From contig NW_021835690.1 of NCBI RefSeq assembly GCF_006345805.1, positions 124,001 to 188,000 on the forward strand: 64,000 nt of DNA, given 5' to 3'. This DNA is from Octopus sinensis. Taxonomy: Eukaryota. Position 1 is the stretch's first letter. Every line of letters begins with the position of its first letter. Of this stretch, positions 52,767-63,979 are shown piece by piece. The notes beneath the pieces are model-generated. The model saw only the letters and a program-made list of their open reading frames with translations. It was not told where the DNA came from and did no database searches. A program made the position numbers and the translations under genes.

Positions 52767-53882
52767 GTGTAAATATATTTAAATACAACCACATATGCAG
52801 AGAAAAATTTCCTTAAACATAATTACTTTACTCCAATAAGGAAACCCTCAATGTGATTGTCAGCCCTGCTAGAAACTGCAGTCAGTTCTCTGAAACATAC
52901 CATATCAGCTTAAAAAGAAGGTCACACTGAATAAAGTCTAAAAGCGATGATGATATTGTCATAGCTGAAATACCTTTCATTGTACATGTTCCTGAATAAG
53001 AACAAGTCTGGGCCTAAACAAACAATGTCGTTTTTATTTCATATAAATACTTGGCTAAAGCTGAGTTCTGAAAACCTATTAACTCTGGAGGCTGTAACTG
53101 AACACTGTTTCGTGTGTAGATATAAGACGATAAAAAATATATTTTATTCAACTCAATATCTTTTATGTTTTACTTGTTTTAGTCATTCGACTGCGGTCAT
53201 GCTGGAGCACTGCCTTTAAGGGTTTTAATTGAACAAATTGATCTCGAGAGTTTTTTGTTTTTTTTGAGCTTGGTACTTATTCTATTGGTCTCTCTTGCCA
53301 AACTGCTAAGTTAAAAGGATGTAAACACACCAACACCAGCTGTCAAGCAGTAGTGGAGGACAAATACAGACACAAACACATGCACACATACATATATACA
53401 CACGTACATACATACATACATGCATACATGCATACATACATACATACATATATACATACACACGTACATACATACATACATACATACATACATGCATACA
53501 TACATACATACATACATACATACGTACGTACATACATACATACATACATATATACATACATATATACATACATACATACATATATACATACATACGTACA
53601 TACATACACATATATATACATACATACATATACACATATATACATACATACATACATTCATACATATACACAGACACACATGCATACATATATACATACA
53701 TACATACATGCATACATACATATATATACATACATACATACATACCCACATACGTACACACATACATGCATACATACATACATATATATATACATACATT
53801 CATACATACATACATACATACATACATACATACATACATACATACATACATACATACATACATACATACATACATACATACA

Positions 53883-53913
<31 letters not shown>

Positions 53914-56900
53914 TATTTTATCTGGGGAGAGTCATTCTCTTTTAGTGCCTCATTACTTAACACACTCACTGGCTCAATTTCCACTCATTTACTTATTTAA
54001 TTTTTTCTGAAGTTTTTGTTGGGCCTTGCAACCTCTTCAGTGGTCATTGAGTCAACAACTATTGAAGAGGTTGCAAAACACAATAAATATTTAGAAAAAA
54101 AATTAAGTAAATGAGTGGAAATTGAACCAGTGAGTGTGTTAGGTAATAAGGTACTAAAAGAAAATGTCTCTCCCCAGATACAATAGAATATGCTTCAACA
54201 TACGAATTCTCAAAGAATCTTGCAAGCCAAATACAAAAACGGCTTCTTTCAGTTTCCATCTACCAAATCCAGTCCCAAGGCTTTAGTCAACCCAAGGTTA
54301 TAGTAGAAGACACTTGCCCAAGGTACCATGCAGTGGGACTGAACCTGGAACCATGTGGTTGGGAAGCAAGTTTCTTACCACACAGCCACATAAATATCTA
54401 AAAAGAATCAGCTTAAAAACTTGAGAAATTTCTTGTTTCCACAAATTACACCTACCCATGGTGTCCATTTATATGAGGTGATATCAAAAAGTTCCTGGAC
54501 AAGTCATGTTTAATAAACAATAACTTATTTACCTAAGTTTTAACACCATCTGCTTTGAAATAGTCCCCTTGAGCAGCAATACACTGGTCCCGCATTCCTG
54601 CCACTTTTGGAATCTGGCCAGGAAGTCATTTTCTGTGAGTTGAAGACCTTCTGTGATTGCTCTGGATCTTAACAACAGAGTTAAATCGGTGAGCTCTGAG
54701 CTGCATTTTCATCTTGGGGAGGAGATGGAAGTCCATAGGTGTTAAATTTGGCAACCGAGGCAGGTGCGGAAGTGGTACCATGTTGTTTTTGGTGAGAAAT
54801 TAACAAGTGAAGAGAGCTTGGTTACAGGGTGTTTTGTTGTTGTGAAGAATCCAATTCTTTGTGCTCCACAGATCTGGTTGTTTTCAGATGCTTCAAAACG
54901 TCATAGTAGAACACTCAATCGATGGTCTGGCCCTGGGGAATGAATTCTCAATGTGCATCGTCACATATGTCTACTGGCATCGGCCATGTACGGATGGTGC
55001 TTTTTAGGTGCCACCAGCACAGGTGCCAGGGTAGGCTGGCAATGGCCACGATCGGAACCAAAAGGAACAAAACATTTCTGGGAGCGATGCTCATGGCAGG
55101 TCTTCCAGATTGCTCGTCATCTTTCAGGGGCATTCTTCCAATTTTGAAGTGCCTGTGCCACTCAAAAACATTGCATACGACCCATTGCTTCATCACCATA
55201 AGTTTGCTGAAGCATGCTCAATGCCTCTGTAGCAGACTTCCTAAGTTTAACACAAAATTTCACGTTGGCTCTTTGTTCCAATTTCCTGTCCATGATACAA
55301 TCACAGACTATGGCATACACATGGATCACAAAAACACAAATTTCACAACTTGGGAAGTAAACACAGCAATGACACTCAACACACTGCCTCATGAAGGTCA
55401 CTGCTAGCTCTCACTGGGTACACAACCATGTGCTGTTATCTGTTAGCACGCTACAGAACTAGTCTGGGAACTTTTTAATACCACCTCATAAGTAAATAAA
55501 GACAGCCTAAGAGAGTGAAAGCTTTTAGTTAAGAATAGAGCACAATATCATTCGTGGGGTAAAAGACTCCGCCGGTTACGACGACGAGGGTCCCAGCTGA
55601 TACGATCAACGGAACAGCTTGCTCGTGAAATTAACGCGCAAATGGCTGAGCATTCCACAGACACGTGTACCCTTGACGTAGTTCTCGGGGATAATCAGTG
55701 TGACACAGAGAGTGACAAGGCTGACCCTTTGAAATACAAGTACAACTCATTTTTGCCAGCTGAGTGGACTGGAGCAACGTGAAATAAAGTGTCTTGCTCA
55801 AGGACACAACGCGTCACCGGGAATCGAACTCACAACCTTACGATCATGAGCCGAATGCCCTAACCACTAAGCCACGCGCCCTCACTCATTCGTGGGGTAC
55901 TAACTACTGAACCAAATATATATGTTTTTATTATTATTTTGCAATTTACTTAGTCATCAGTATATTATTGTTATTTTACTTTTAATACTTCTATTATATG
56001 TAATTTTCTAGATGGTATAATTTAATTGTTCATTTTGAATTGATAAACAGTGTTTTTTTCTAATTTATATATATATATATATATAGGCGCAGGAGTGGCT
56101 GTGTGGTAAGTATCTTGCTAACCAACCACATGGTTCCGGGTTCAGTCCCACTGCGTGGCATCTTGGGCAAGTGTCTTCTGCTATAGCCCTGGGCTGACCA
56201 ATGCCTTGTGAGTGGATTTGGTAGACGGAAACTGAAAGAAGCCTGTCGTATATATGTATATATATATGAATGTGTGTGTGTTTGTGTGTCTGTGTTTGTC
56301 CCTCTAGCATTGCTTGACAACCGATGCTGGTGTGTTTACGTCCCCGTAACTTAGCGGTTCGGCAAAAGAGACCGATAGAATAAGTACTGGGCTTACAAAG
56401 AATAAGTCCCGGGGTCAATTTGATCAACTAAAGGCGATGCTCCAGTATGGCCGCAGTCAAATGACTGAAACAAGTAAAAGAGTAAAGAGTATATATATAT
56501 CAACACATGATGACCATAATTACTGCTGTCAAATACTGGACATATGTGACGATGATAACGGTGATTGTCATATCAATAATGATGTTACAAATGCAGATAG
56601 CAAAGCTGGTGTCTTACCTGACTTTTATTTAAGCCACGTGTCAAGTAGATGTTATAACTGAGGAACTCATTCTGGTTCATCTTCTCAAGCATGATTTCTA
56701 AAGACACAAGAAGTTCCTGGAAGCATTCAAAGGCTTGTGTTTGGGGGCAGATCCAAAAAAAGTAAACTTTTTTCAGGACTTCCTTGAAATTCTGTTTTTC
56801 AATTTCTTTGCTGTTCAGGGATTAGAAAACACAAAATGAACATACGCACATATACAGGGTGCAATGGGTAAATTGTAGCGATTTTATATTTTTAGTTTCA

Positions 56901-59900
56901 CGCCCGCGCATTGTTTGTTTTTGATTTTGTTGACTACACAGTATAGTAGGGTCAGTTGGGCACCATCTGTGAGAAAAGCAGCACCATGACACAATTCACT
57001 CTGCCAGAAATTTGGAAACAACATTCTGTACTGCTTGGCATTCATGCTGGAAGCTCCAATATGAACATTTAAGAGTGTTTGGGTGTCAATCTGAGGAGAT
57101 GTGCCAAGAGTGATAAAAATCAAACATCCAGTCAACATCATGATGTCTGGCATGATCATTAGTGATGATGATGTTATGACTTCATTCATTTTCTCACATG
57201 GCCTCAGACTCAACACGGAGGCCTACATCAAGTGCCTGGAGGAGGTAGTGCTGTCCTGGGTCAAGAGGGCGGCTGCTGGAAGACCCTATGTCTGGCAACA
57301 GGACTCTGCACCATGCCACACAAGCAGGAGAACCCAGTCATGGCTGTCAGACAATTTCTGTGACCACATCACCCCCCTAACATCTGGCCATCTAACTCCC
57401 CAAACTGCAACCCCCTTGATTATTATGTGTGGGGTGCAGTTGAGCAAGAGACCAACAAAACTCCTTGTAACACCAAAGATGAACTGAAGGCAAATATTAT
57501 GGCAGCATTCACCAACTTAAACAAAGAGACATTTCAGAAGAGTTGCAGAAGATTCCAAAGTCGTCTGGATGCCATGGTTCAAGTCAATGGTGATTTTATT
57601 GAATAAATTTTATTCATTAGTATTTCAAGATATGGGGGACACCATTAACAATGAGCTATAAACACTCTCATGACTAAAAGGCTGCAACATGGTCAGTTGT
57701 CTATTTTTAGCATTTTATCATCTTTTTTTAACATGTGTCGTTTGTTACCACTTTGATGGGAATCCAACAGAGATTACATTTAGGCTAATTCTGCCATACG
57801 AGGAACACAGTGCAATGAGGGTTAACACAGGTACATCCACCCGAGTCCTCAATGGCCATTAAGTCATCCTCTTTAGTCACATCTTGCTCACATTATACAC
57901 GTATGAATGTATGTGTATGTGTGTATATGTATGACTGTATATGTATATGTGTATATGTATGTGTGTATATGCATGTGTGTATATGTATGAATGTATGTGT
58001 ATGTGTGTGGCTGGATTTATGTTTGAACCTGATGTTTGAACTCCACCACACCACTACTCTGTAGTTACCTGTTATATAAATTCATTTGAAACATCATCAT
58101 CATCATCATTTAACGTCCGCTTTCCATGCTAGCATGGGTTGGACGGTTCGACCAGGGTCTGGGAAGCCAGGAGGCTGCACCAGGCTCCAGTCTGATCTGG
58201 CAGTGTTTCTATGGCTGGATGCCCTTCCTAACACCAACCACTCCATGAGTGTAGTGGGTGCTTTTTAGGTGCCACCAACACAGGTGCCAGGGTAGGCTGG
58301 CAACGGCCACAATCGGAACCAAAAGGAACAAAACGTAATAACTGTAAATTTTACTGCTTTCTCTATCTCTAATACCCACAAATTCATCTTGTATCTTATA
58401 AAATCTATTCAGCACTATGATTACATAAGACTTACAGAACACTCTGCTTATATATTTCAGCTTTGATGTAGCTTTTTCGTTTATTACTCAACTAGATTTT
58501 CAGAATTTTGCAAGTTACAAACATTGTTTTTAAAGTTTACCCCCTCCTTTAGTAATTCTGATAACATCATCATCATTTAACATCCACTTTCCATGCTAGC
58601 ATGGGTTGGACGGTTCGACTGGGGATCTGGGAAGCCAGGAGGCTGCACCAGGCTCCAGTCTGATCTGGCAGTGTTTCTACAGCTGGATGCCCTTCCTAAC
58701 GCCAACCACTCCGTGAGGGTAGTGGTTGCTCTTTACGTGCCAGACGAGGCTGGCATCGGCCACGTTCGGATGGTGCTTTTTACGTGCCACCGGCACAATC
58801 CAATATATTCCCATTATCCCTTCTTTGTGCAGTATTATATTGTGTTTGTCCATTATCTTTAATTTCTTTCTTTTCTATTTCTCATGGGCCTGATAGGAAC
58901 TAGTACCATCTTAGGCATAAAATACTCCTGAGATGTTTCTCATATTTCACATATTCTATTTTGTATCTCATTCCATAGAGGCCATCCACATTCTACAAAC
59001 ATGTCAAAGTAGACATAACATTGGAGTTAATATCTTTTATCTTTTACCTTGTTCCAGTCATTAGATTGCAGCCATGCTGGAGCACCTCCTTGAAAAATTT
59101 GGATAAAAGCAGAACTTTTTTATGATGGAGTAGTCAGAGGCCATAGTGGTTGAGCAACATCAACTTTTAACCTATTTCTTTACTACCCACAAGGGGCTAA
59201 ACACAGAGAGGACAAACAAGGACAGACAAATGGATTAAGTCGATTATATCAACCCCAGTGCATATCTGGTACTTAATTTATCGACCCCAAAAGGATGAAA
59301 GGCAAAGTCGACCTCAGCGGAATTTGAACTCAGAACGTAACGGCAGACGAAATACCTATTTCTTTACTACCCACAAGGGGCTAAACATAGAGAGGACAAA
59401 CAAGGACAGACAAACGGATTAAGTCGATTATATCAACCCCAGTGCATATCTGGTACTTAATTTATAGACCCCGAAAGGATGAAAGGCAAAGTCAACCTCG
59501 GTGGAAATTGAACTCAAAACGTAACAGCAGACGAAATACCTATTTCTTTACTACCCACAAAGGGCCAAACACAGAGAGGACAAACAAGGACAGACAAACA
59601 GATTAAGTCGATTACATCAACCCCAGTGCATAACTGGTACTTAATTTATCGACATCGAAAGGATGAAAGGCAAAGTCGACCTCGGCGGAATTTGAACTCA
59701 GAACGTAGCCACAGACAAAATACGGCTACACCAATCAGTTCTAAGATTTAAGTCTAAAAATATCTTCTTTTAATGATATTATAAAACAGTGTTTATACCA
59801 ATGGAGTTTGTACGTACCAAATGTATCTTAGTACAGAGGCAAATGGAGTGACACCGATTCCTGTTCCAATAAATATGTCCACATCATAGCAAAAAACATC

Positions 59901-60168
59901 CTGAAATAATAAAAAACAAATTAAAGATCCATTTTTCAACACACTGACTGCGCAAATGTCTGAATAAACGGACACTCTTTTGTTGTTTAGTAATCATTAT
60001 GATAATTTTTGTGGAATCTGTTTGGTTTGGTTCACAACCCCTTCCCCCCATCTCTCTCTCTCTCCCCCTCTCTCTCTCTTTCTCTCTCTGTATGCATGTA
60101 TGTAGGCATATATATTTCTCAACAATATTGCTAAAGACATTTGAACTAAAATATAAATCTTTATTCTT

Positions 60169-60201
<33 letters not shown>

Positions 60202-63200
60202 TACTCTCTCTCCCCCTCTCTCTCTCCCTCTCTCTCTCCCCCTCTCTCTCTCCCTCCCTTGCACATACAAATATGACAATATCATTATCTGTCTCTCTCT
60301 CTCTTTGTACATACATACGTATGTATGTATACATACATATATATTTCTCAGCAATGTTCATTAAAAACGTTTAGACAACCTATTGAGCCAACTTTTTATG
60401 ACATGGAAAAATACGAGCTTCAACAGAGAAACTTTTCTCAACTAAACTTACAAAAGGCATCGATTGTTCTTTGTTTGCTTTTCACATTTATCTTTCTGTT
60501 GATCTGTTGATCCGTTTCTTTGACCTTTTGTTTACATATATATTTATCAGTCTGTCTTGCTGTATTCTTATTTACCTAGCTATATATCTATCCATCTCTC
60601 TCTCTCACTCTCTGTCTTCTCTTTCTCTCTCTCTCTCTCTCTCTCCCCCTTCTCTCTCTCTCTTTCTCTCTCTCTCTCCATCTCTCTCTCTCCCTATTTC
60701 TCTCTCTCTCCATCTCTCTCTCCCTCTTTCTCTCTCTCTCTCCCTCTTTCTCTCTCTCTCCATCTCTCTCTCCCTCTTTCTCTCTCTCTCTCTCCATCTT
60801 TCTCTCTCTCTCTCCATCTCTCTCTCTCTCCATCTTTCTCTCTCTCCCCATCTCTCTCTCCCTCTTTCTCTCTCTCTCCCTCTTTCTCTCTCTCTTCCTC
60901 TTTATTTCTCTCTCTCCATCTCTCTTTCTCTCCATCTCTCTCTCTCCCTCTTTCTCTCTCTCTCTCCATCTCTCTCTCTCCCTCTTTCTTTCTCTCTCCA
61001 TCTCTCTCTCTCCCTCTTTCTCTCTCTGTCTTCCTCTTTCTCTATCTGTCTGTCAATCTCTGTTTGTTTATCTACCTCTCTACCTATCAACCCATCTGTC
61101 TTTCTATCTGTGTATCTATGGATCTTTCTATCAATCTGTCTGTCAATCTATTTGTCTTTCTATCTGTCCTTTTCTCGGTGTATCTATTTGTCTTTTTATT
61201 GATTTGTCTGTTCGTCATTCTATATCTATCTTTCTGTCTATCTATCTATCTGTTAGTCTCCCTCTATCTATCTACCTATCTGTCTAGGTTTCTTCTATTT
61301 CATCATTTCAGTAAAATGGCTAAATGATTACTTTCAAGAAATTCATTTTATTATTAAACAATTTATCATATATGAAAAAAAGTGTAATTTCACAAAAAAC
61401 AAGAAGCAAAGCAGAGGCAGTTTATGCCATTCCATGGACAAAGACAATCATTTTGTAAGCAAATGCTAAGAGATACTGTGAATTTCATCAGAAAGTTTTA
61501 GAGTCACTAAGCAGAAACTCTAGCATGATATATTTTTTTTAAATAGAACAACAATAAAATAATTGTCAGAGGAACAACTTTGCCATTTTCTAATACAAGA
61601 AGCTGCAAAATATTAATTATTCTGGGCTTAAAACTATGGCACAGATGCTCATTATACGATGAAAAAATGTCATGACACACCTGTCGTCTTTGCAAACTAA
61701 CAATATATGTGTATATATGTATATATATGTATGTGTGTGTTTGTGTGTCTGTGTTTGTTTCCCTAGCATTGCTTAACAACCGATGCTGGTGTGTTTACGT
61801 CCCCCGTCACTTAGCGGTTCGGCAAAAGAGACTGATAGAATAAGTACTGGGCTTACAAAGAATAAGTCCTGGGGCCGATTTGCTTGACTAAAGGCGGTGC
61901 TCCAGCATGGCCACAGTCAAATGACTGAAACAAGTAAAAGAGTAAAGAGTAAAAGTAAAGAGTCATACTCTCAGGTGGCAAGCTGGCAGAGTCATTAGCA
62001 TGCCAGGTAAAATACTTAGTGATAGTTTGCCTGTATGTACATTCTGAGTTCAAATGCCACCAAGGTCAACTTTGCCTTTCATCCTTTCAGTATCAATAAA
62101 ACAGGTACCAGTTGTGTCCTGGGGTTGATGTAATGGACTTTCCCTCTCCCCTAAACTTGCTGACCTTGTGCCAAAATTTGCAACCAATATGTCGTACGTA
62201 TGAGAGATTAGAATACAGACAGATTTCAGCGTCAAAACTGGAGCAGGTTGAGCTGATAAGAGACTGGGTTTTGTTAACAGTTAAGACATTTAGTCACCAT
62301 GAATGGTACAGTTTACTGCTGTTAGCGCCAAATGTATTATAAGCTTCTAACACTGAAGTAACGAGTTCTGTAGATATAGCTTAAAGTGGAACAGCCTCTA
62401 CTCGACTGACATGTCTTAGGTAAGAGTATATGAAGACTAAAACTGCTCATTGTGTTATCATCATTATCATCATCATTTAACATCCGTTCTCCATGCTAGC
62501 AGGGGTTGGACGGTTCAACAGGGGTCATCCAAATTAGACTGCTATAACCTTTGCTTGCCTGCTTGTTTGAAGGAATGAATGAATGAACGCATGCATGCAT
62601 ACATTCATGCATATATACATACATATATACATTCATACATACATAATGGCTGCCCCCTTGTTATCGAGTATGGCCATTGTACGAAGCTTAACTGTTACTG
62701 GTGCTGTGATCAAATGTGACTTTTTAGCCCAGCTAAAGATCTACAATGTTTTGTATAGAATTGGCAGCTAAAACCTTTACTGGTAATAGCCGGCTGTAGT
62801 TGTAACTGGGCTTCATGTACCTTTGCATGTTGTTTAAGTCCTCCTGCCGAATTACACTCTCTTCCATATGCCCGACAGATATGATTAGAATGGTGTGTAA
62901 CCACCACATACATGCATACATACATACATGCCTAGACATGCAATTATATGCATGAGAATAGACACATAAAACAAATTTACACATGCACTGACTCCAAATA
63001 TTGCACATACATACATGCAAAAATACCCTGTTGATGTTGTTGAAATTCCAATGAAAGAGCCTTGGATCCAGTTCTTTCTCTATTGGCAAGAAATCTTGAA
63101 ATAAAGCTGAATAATGACATACTTACAGACATACATATAGAGACTCTGGAAAGGGTCACAGGCACATCTCTTTCCCCTTTAACTACACCCTTAAAAATGT

Positions 63201-63321
63201 ATGTATGTGTGTATGTGTGTGTATAAGCTTAAATGAACATAGCAGTCATAATCATAACTTGATGAGTTATCTTTTAGACATTACCTTAATAGGTGTACCA
63301 TAGGGTCCATCGACAGCCATG
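49791..63321 (-). CDS. Nox2: NADPH oxidase, NOX2/gp91phox (CYBB)-like; 3' five coding exons, 5' part lies beyond the window
   Basis: Spliced exons 63321-63285, 59900-59818, 56810-56618, 52277-52153 and 49926-49791 give [191 protein letters not shown]. This matches the NOX motifs VDGPxG, Gx[16 protein letters not shown], GRPxW, CGP and KExF. All introns are GT-AG and phases match. Exact orthology (NOX1/2/3 group) is inferred. Confidence 0.93.
50111..50325 (+). mobile_element. SINE family D, full, in the last NOX intron
   Basis: 12-bp TSD ataggtagtaag at 50099-50110 and 50326-50337. Confidence 0.9.
50443..51713 (-). mobile_element. Near full-length decayed mariner in the last NOX intron
   Basis: TIRs …gtgttcattaaa…ccctgacctacttc at both ends with TA flanks; remnants [26 protein letters not shown] and HPPYSPDLA. 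Confidence 0.92.
52153..52277 (-). CDS. Nox2: NOX exon, 125 nt ([42 protein letters not shown])
   Basis: Acceptor atttattttgtttag|ATT; donor TTA GG|gtaagt. Same length and phases as human CYBB exon 12. Confidence 0.95.
53160..54390 (-). mobile_element. SINE family C, expanded (TACA)n centre with an inserted foldback element
   Basis: 3' half 53160-53390; (TACA)n 53390-53910; foldback 53919-54180; 5' half 54238-54390. Confidence 0.82.
53919..54180. repeat. Foldback hairpin, arms 53919-54042 and 54058-54180, in a NOX intron
   Basis: Inverted arms are directly visible. The minus-strand arm has a decayed hammerhead CTGAAGA-G-GTTG…CAAC-AAAA. Confidence 0.9.
54474..55488 (-). mobile_element. Deleted mariner with both TIRs, carrying a family E fragment (54958-55074)
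   Basis: TA|tgaggtgatatcaaaaagttcctggac … gtctgggaactttttaataccacctca|TA; [25 protein letters not shown]. Confidence 0.9.
55562..55885 (-). mobile_element. SINE family B, full, with 14-bp TSD
   Basis: TSD tcattcgtggggta at 55548-55561 and 55886-55899. Confidence 0.92.
56086..56490 (+). mobile_element. SINE family C, full reference copy
   Basis: Head ggcgcaggagtggctgtgtggtaag, internal (TA)/(TG) tract, tail gaaacaagtaaaagagtaaagag. Confidence 0.9.
56618..56810 (-). CDS. Nox2: NOX exon, 193 nt (…[19 protein letters not shown]…[16 protein letters not shown])
   Basis: Acceptor ttttctaatccctgaacag|C in phase 2; donor CAG|gtaaga. The junction gives the same 11-residue spacing to LKK as human NOX2. 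The 5' boundary is slightly less certain than the 3'. Confidence 0.92.
56855..57632 (+). mobile_element. maT (DD37D) Tc1/mariner remnant, internally deleted, 3' TIR missing
   Basis: TA|cagggtg start; WQQDSAPCH…[10 protein letters not shown] with 37 residues between the last two Asp after correcting one frameshift. Confidence 0.85.
58090..58333 (-). mobile_element. SINE-like family E
   Basis: (CAT)n tail on the plus strand plus the conserved domain. Confidence 0.85.
58565..58795 (-). mobile_element. SINE-like family E
   Basis: Same motifs as 58090-58333. Confidence 0.85.
59171..59728 (-). mobile_element. SINE family D head-to-tail trimer, 184-bp period
   Basis: Units start at 59171, 59355 and 59539; junction gaaatacctatttc on the plus strand. 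Confidence 0.92.
59818..59900 (-). CDS. Nox2: NOX exon, 83 nt ([27 protein letters not shown]), NADPH-binding motif
   Basis: Acceptor ttttttattatttcag|GAT; donor ATT TG|gtacgt. Contains the GxGIGVTPF motif. Confidence 0.95.
60560..61260. repeat. Long (CT)-rich and (CTAT/CTGT) degenerate microsatellite
   Basis: Directly visible. Confidence 0.95.
61715..62190 (+). mobile_element. SINE C 3' half followed by a SINE D variant
   Basis: Family C motifs to about 61960; family D head ggtggcaagctggcagagtc from about 61973. Confidence 0.8.
62700..62925 (-). mobile_element. Degenerate twin C2H2-like fingers, probably a non-LTR retrotransposon C-terminus
   Basis: [23 protein letters not shown] and [20 protein letters not shown] resemble the C..CGR.C.S..GL.SH motif of LINE tails; no splice support. 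Confidence 0.55.
63285..63321 (-). CDS. Nox2: NOX exon, 37 nt ([13 protein letters not shown])
   Basis: Acceptor ttttatcgttgcag|C ATG GCT GTC GAT GGA CCC TAT; donor AAG|gtaatg. Starts phase 2, ends phase 0. Confidence 0.9.
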
Positions 63322-63979
63322 CTGCAACGATAAAACAAGTTCAATTATTAGAGAAGCCAACATTGGTATCATCACAATTTTATCCACCACCATCACCAAC
63401 AACAACAACAACAACAACAAAAATCTACAACAACACTACCCCTACCATGTAGTGAATATAATGTCATCATTATCATTACTAGTTGTTTCTTCCTTGAATT
63501 CTCAATTATTGTAGTAGAGACCTAAACCTGACAGTCAATCTCTCTACCCACAGAGAGATTTCTTCTAGAGAGACAAGGAAAGAGGAAGAAAAGAAGTGAC
63601 TCCAGTACTAGATTTTATTTGGTCAATTTTGTCTTTCATACTTGAAATGATGAATAGCAAAGTTGACCTTGGTGGGACTTGAACTCATGAGCTCATGCAG
63701 CTTAAAGGCACTTTGCCTGATACTTTAACGACCCTGTTAATTCACCACCTTATCATTATTAAAAGACTCATCTACTCGGGAAGACCCACTCGCCACAACA
63801 GAATTGAGATCCTAAAACCAAGGTGCCACATAAAAAGTATTTACAGGTGCTGATGCCATGTAAAAAGCACCCAGTGCACTCTACAAAGTGTTTGGTGTTA
63901 GGAAGGGCAACCCACAAATCAGTTTTTCTAGTTACATCATACCTTTGCCTCACTGAAGACCAGACTATATACTACATGT

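Noticed and set aside
53306-54010. Long ORFs such as (MYVC)n and (HTYI)n, and similar ORFs at 16991, 21788-22276, 37726-38422, 40413-41138 and 60471-61327
   Set aside because: Translations of microsatellites that lack stop codons; no protein signal.
59171-59728. Regularly spaced repeats resembling a CRISPR array
   Set aside because: Whole 184-bp units repeat with no unique spacers; they are SINE multimers in eukaryotic DNA with no cas genes.
59806-59817. Alternative NOX donor after TGG TAC that would keep Trp-Tyr
   Set aside because: AC|gtacaa is a much weaker donor than TG|gtacgt, and pairing it with the phase-0 acceptors would shorten the conserved spacing to LKK. Not excluded without cDNA.
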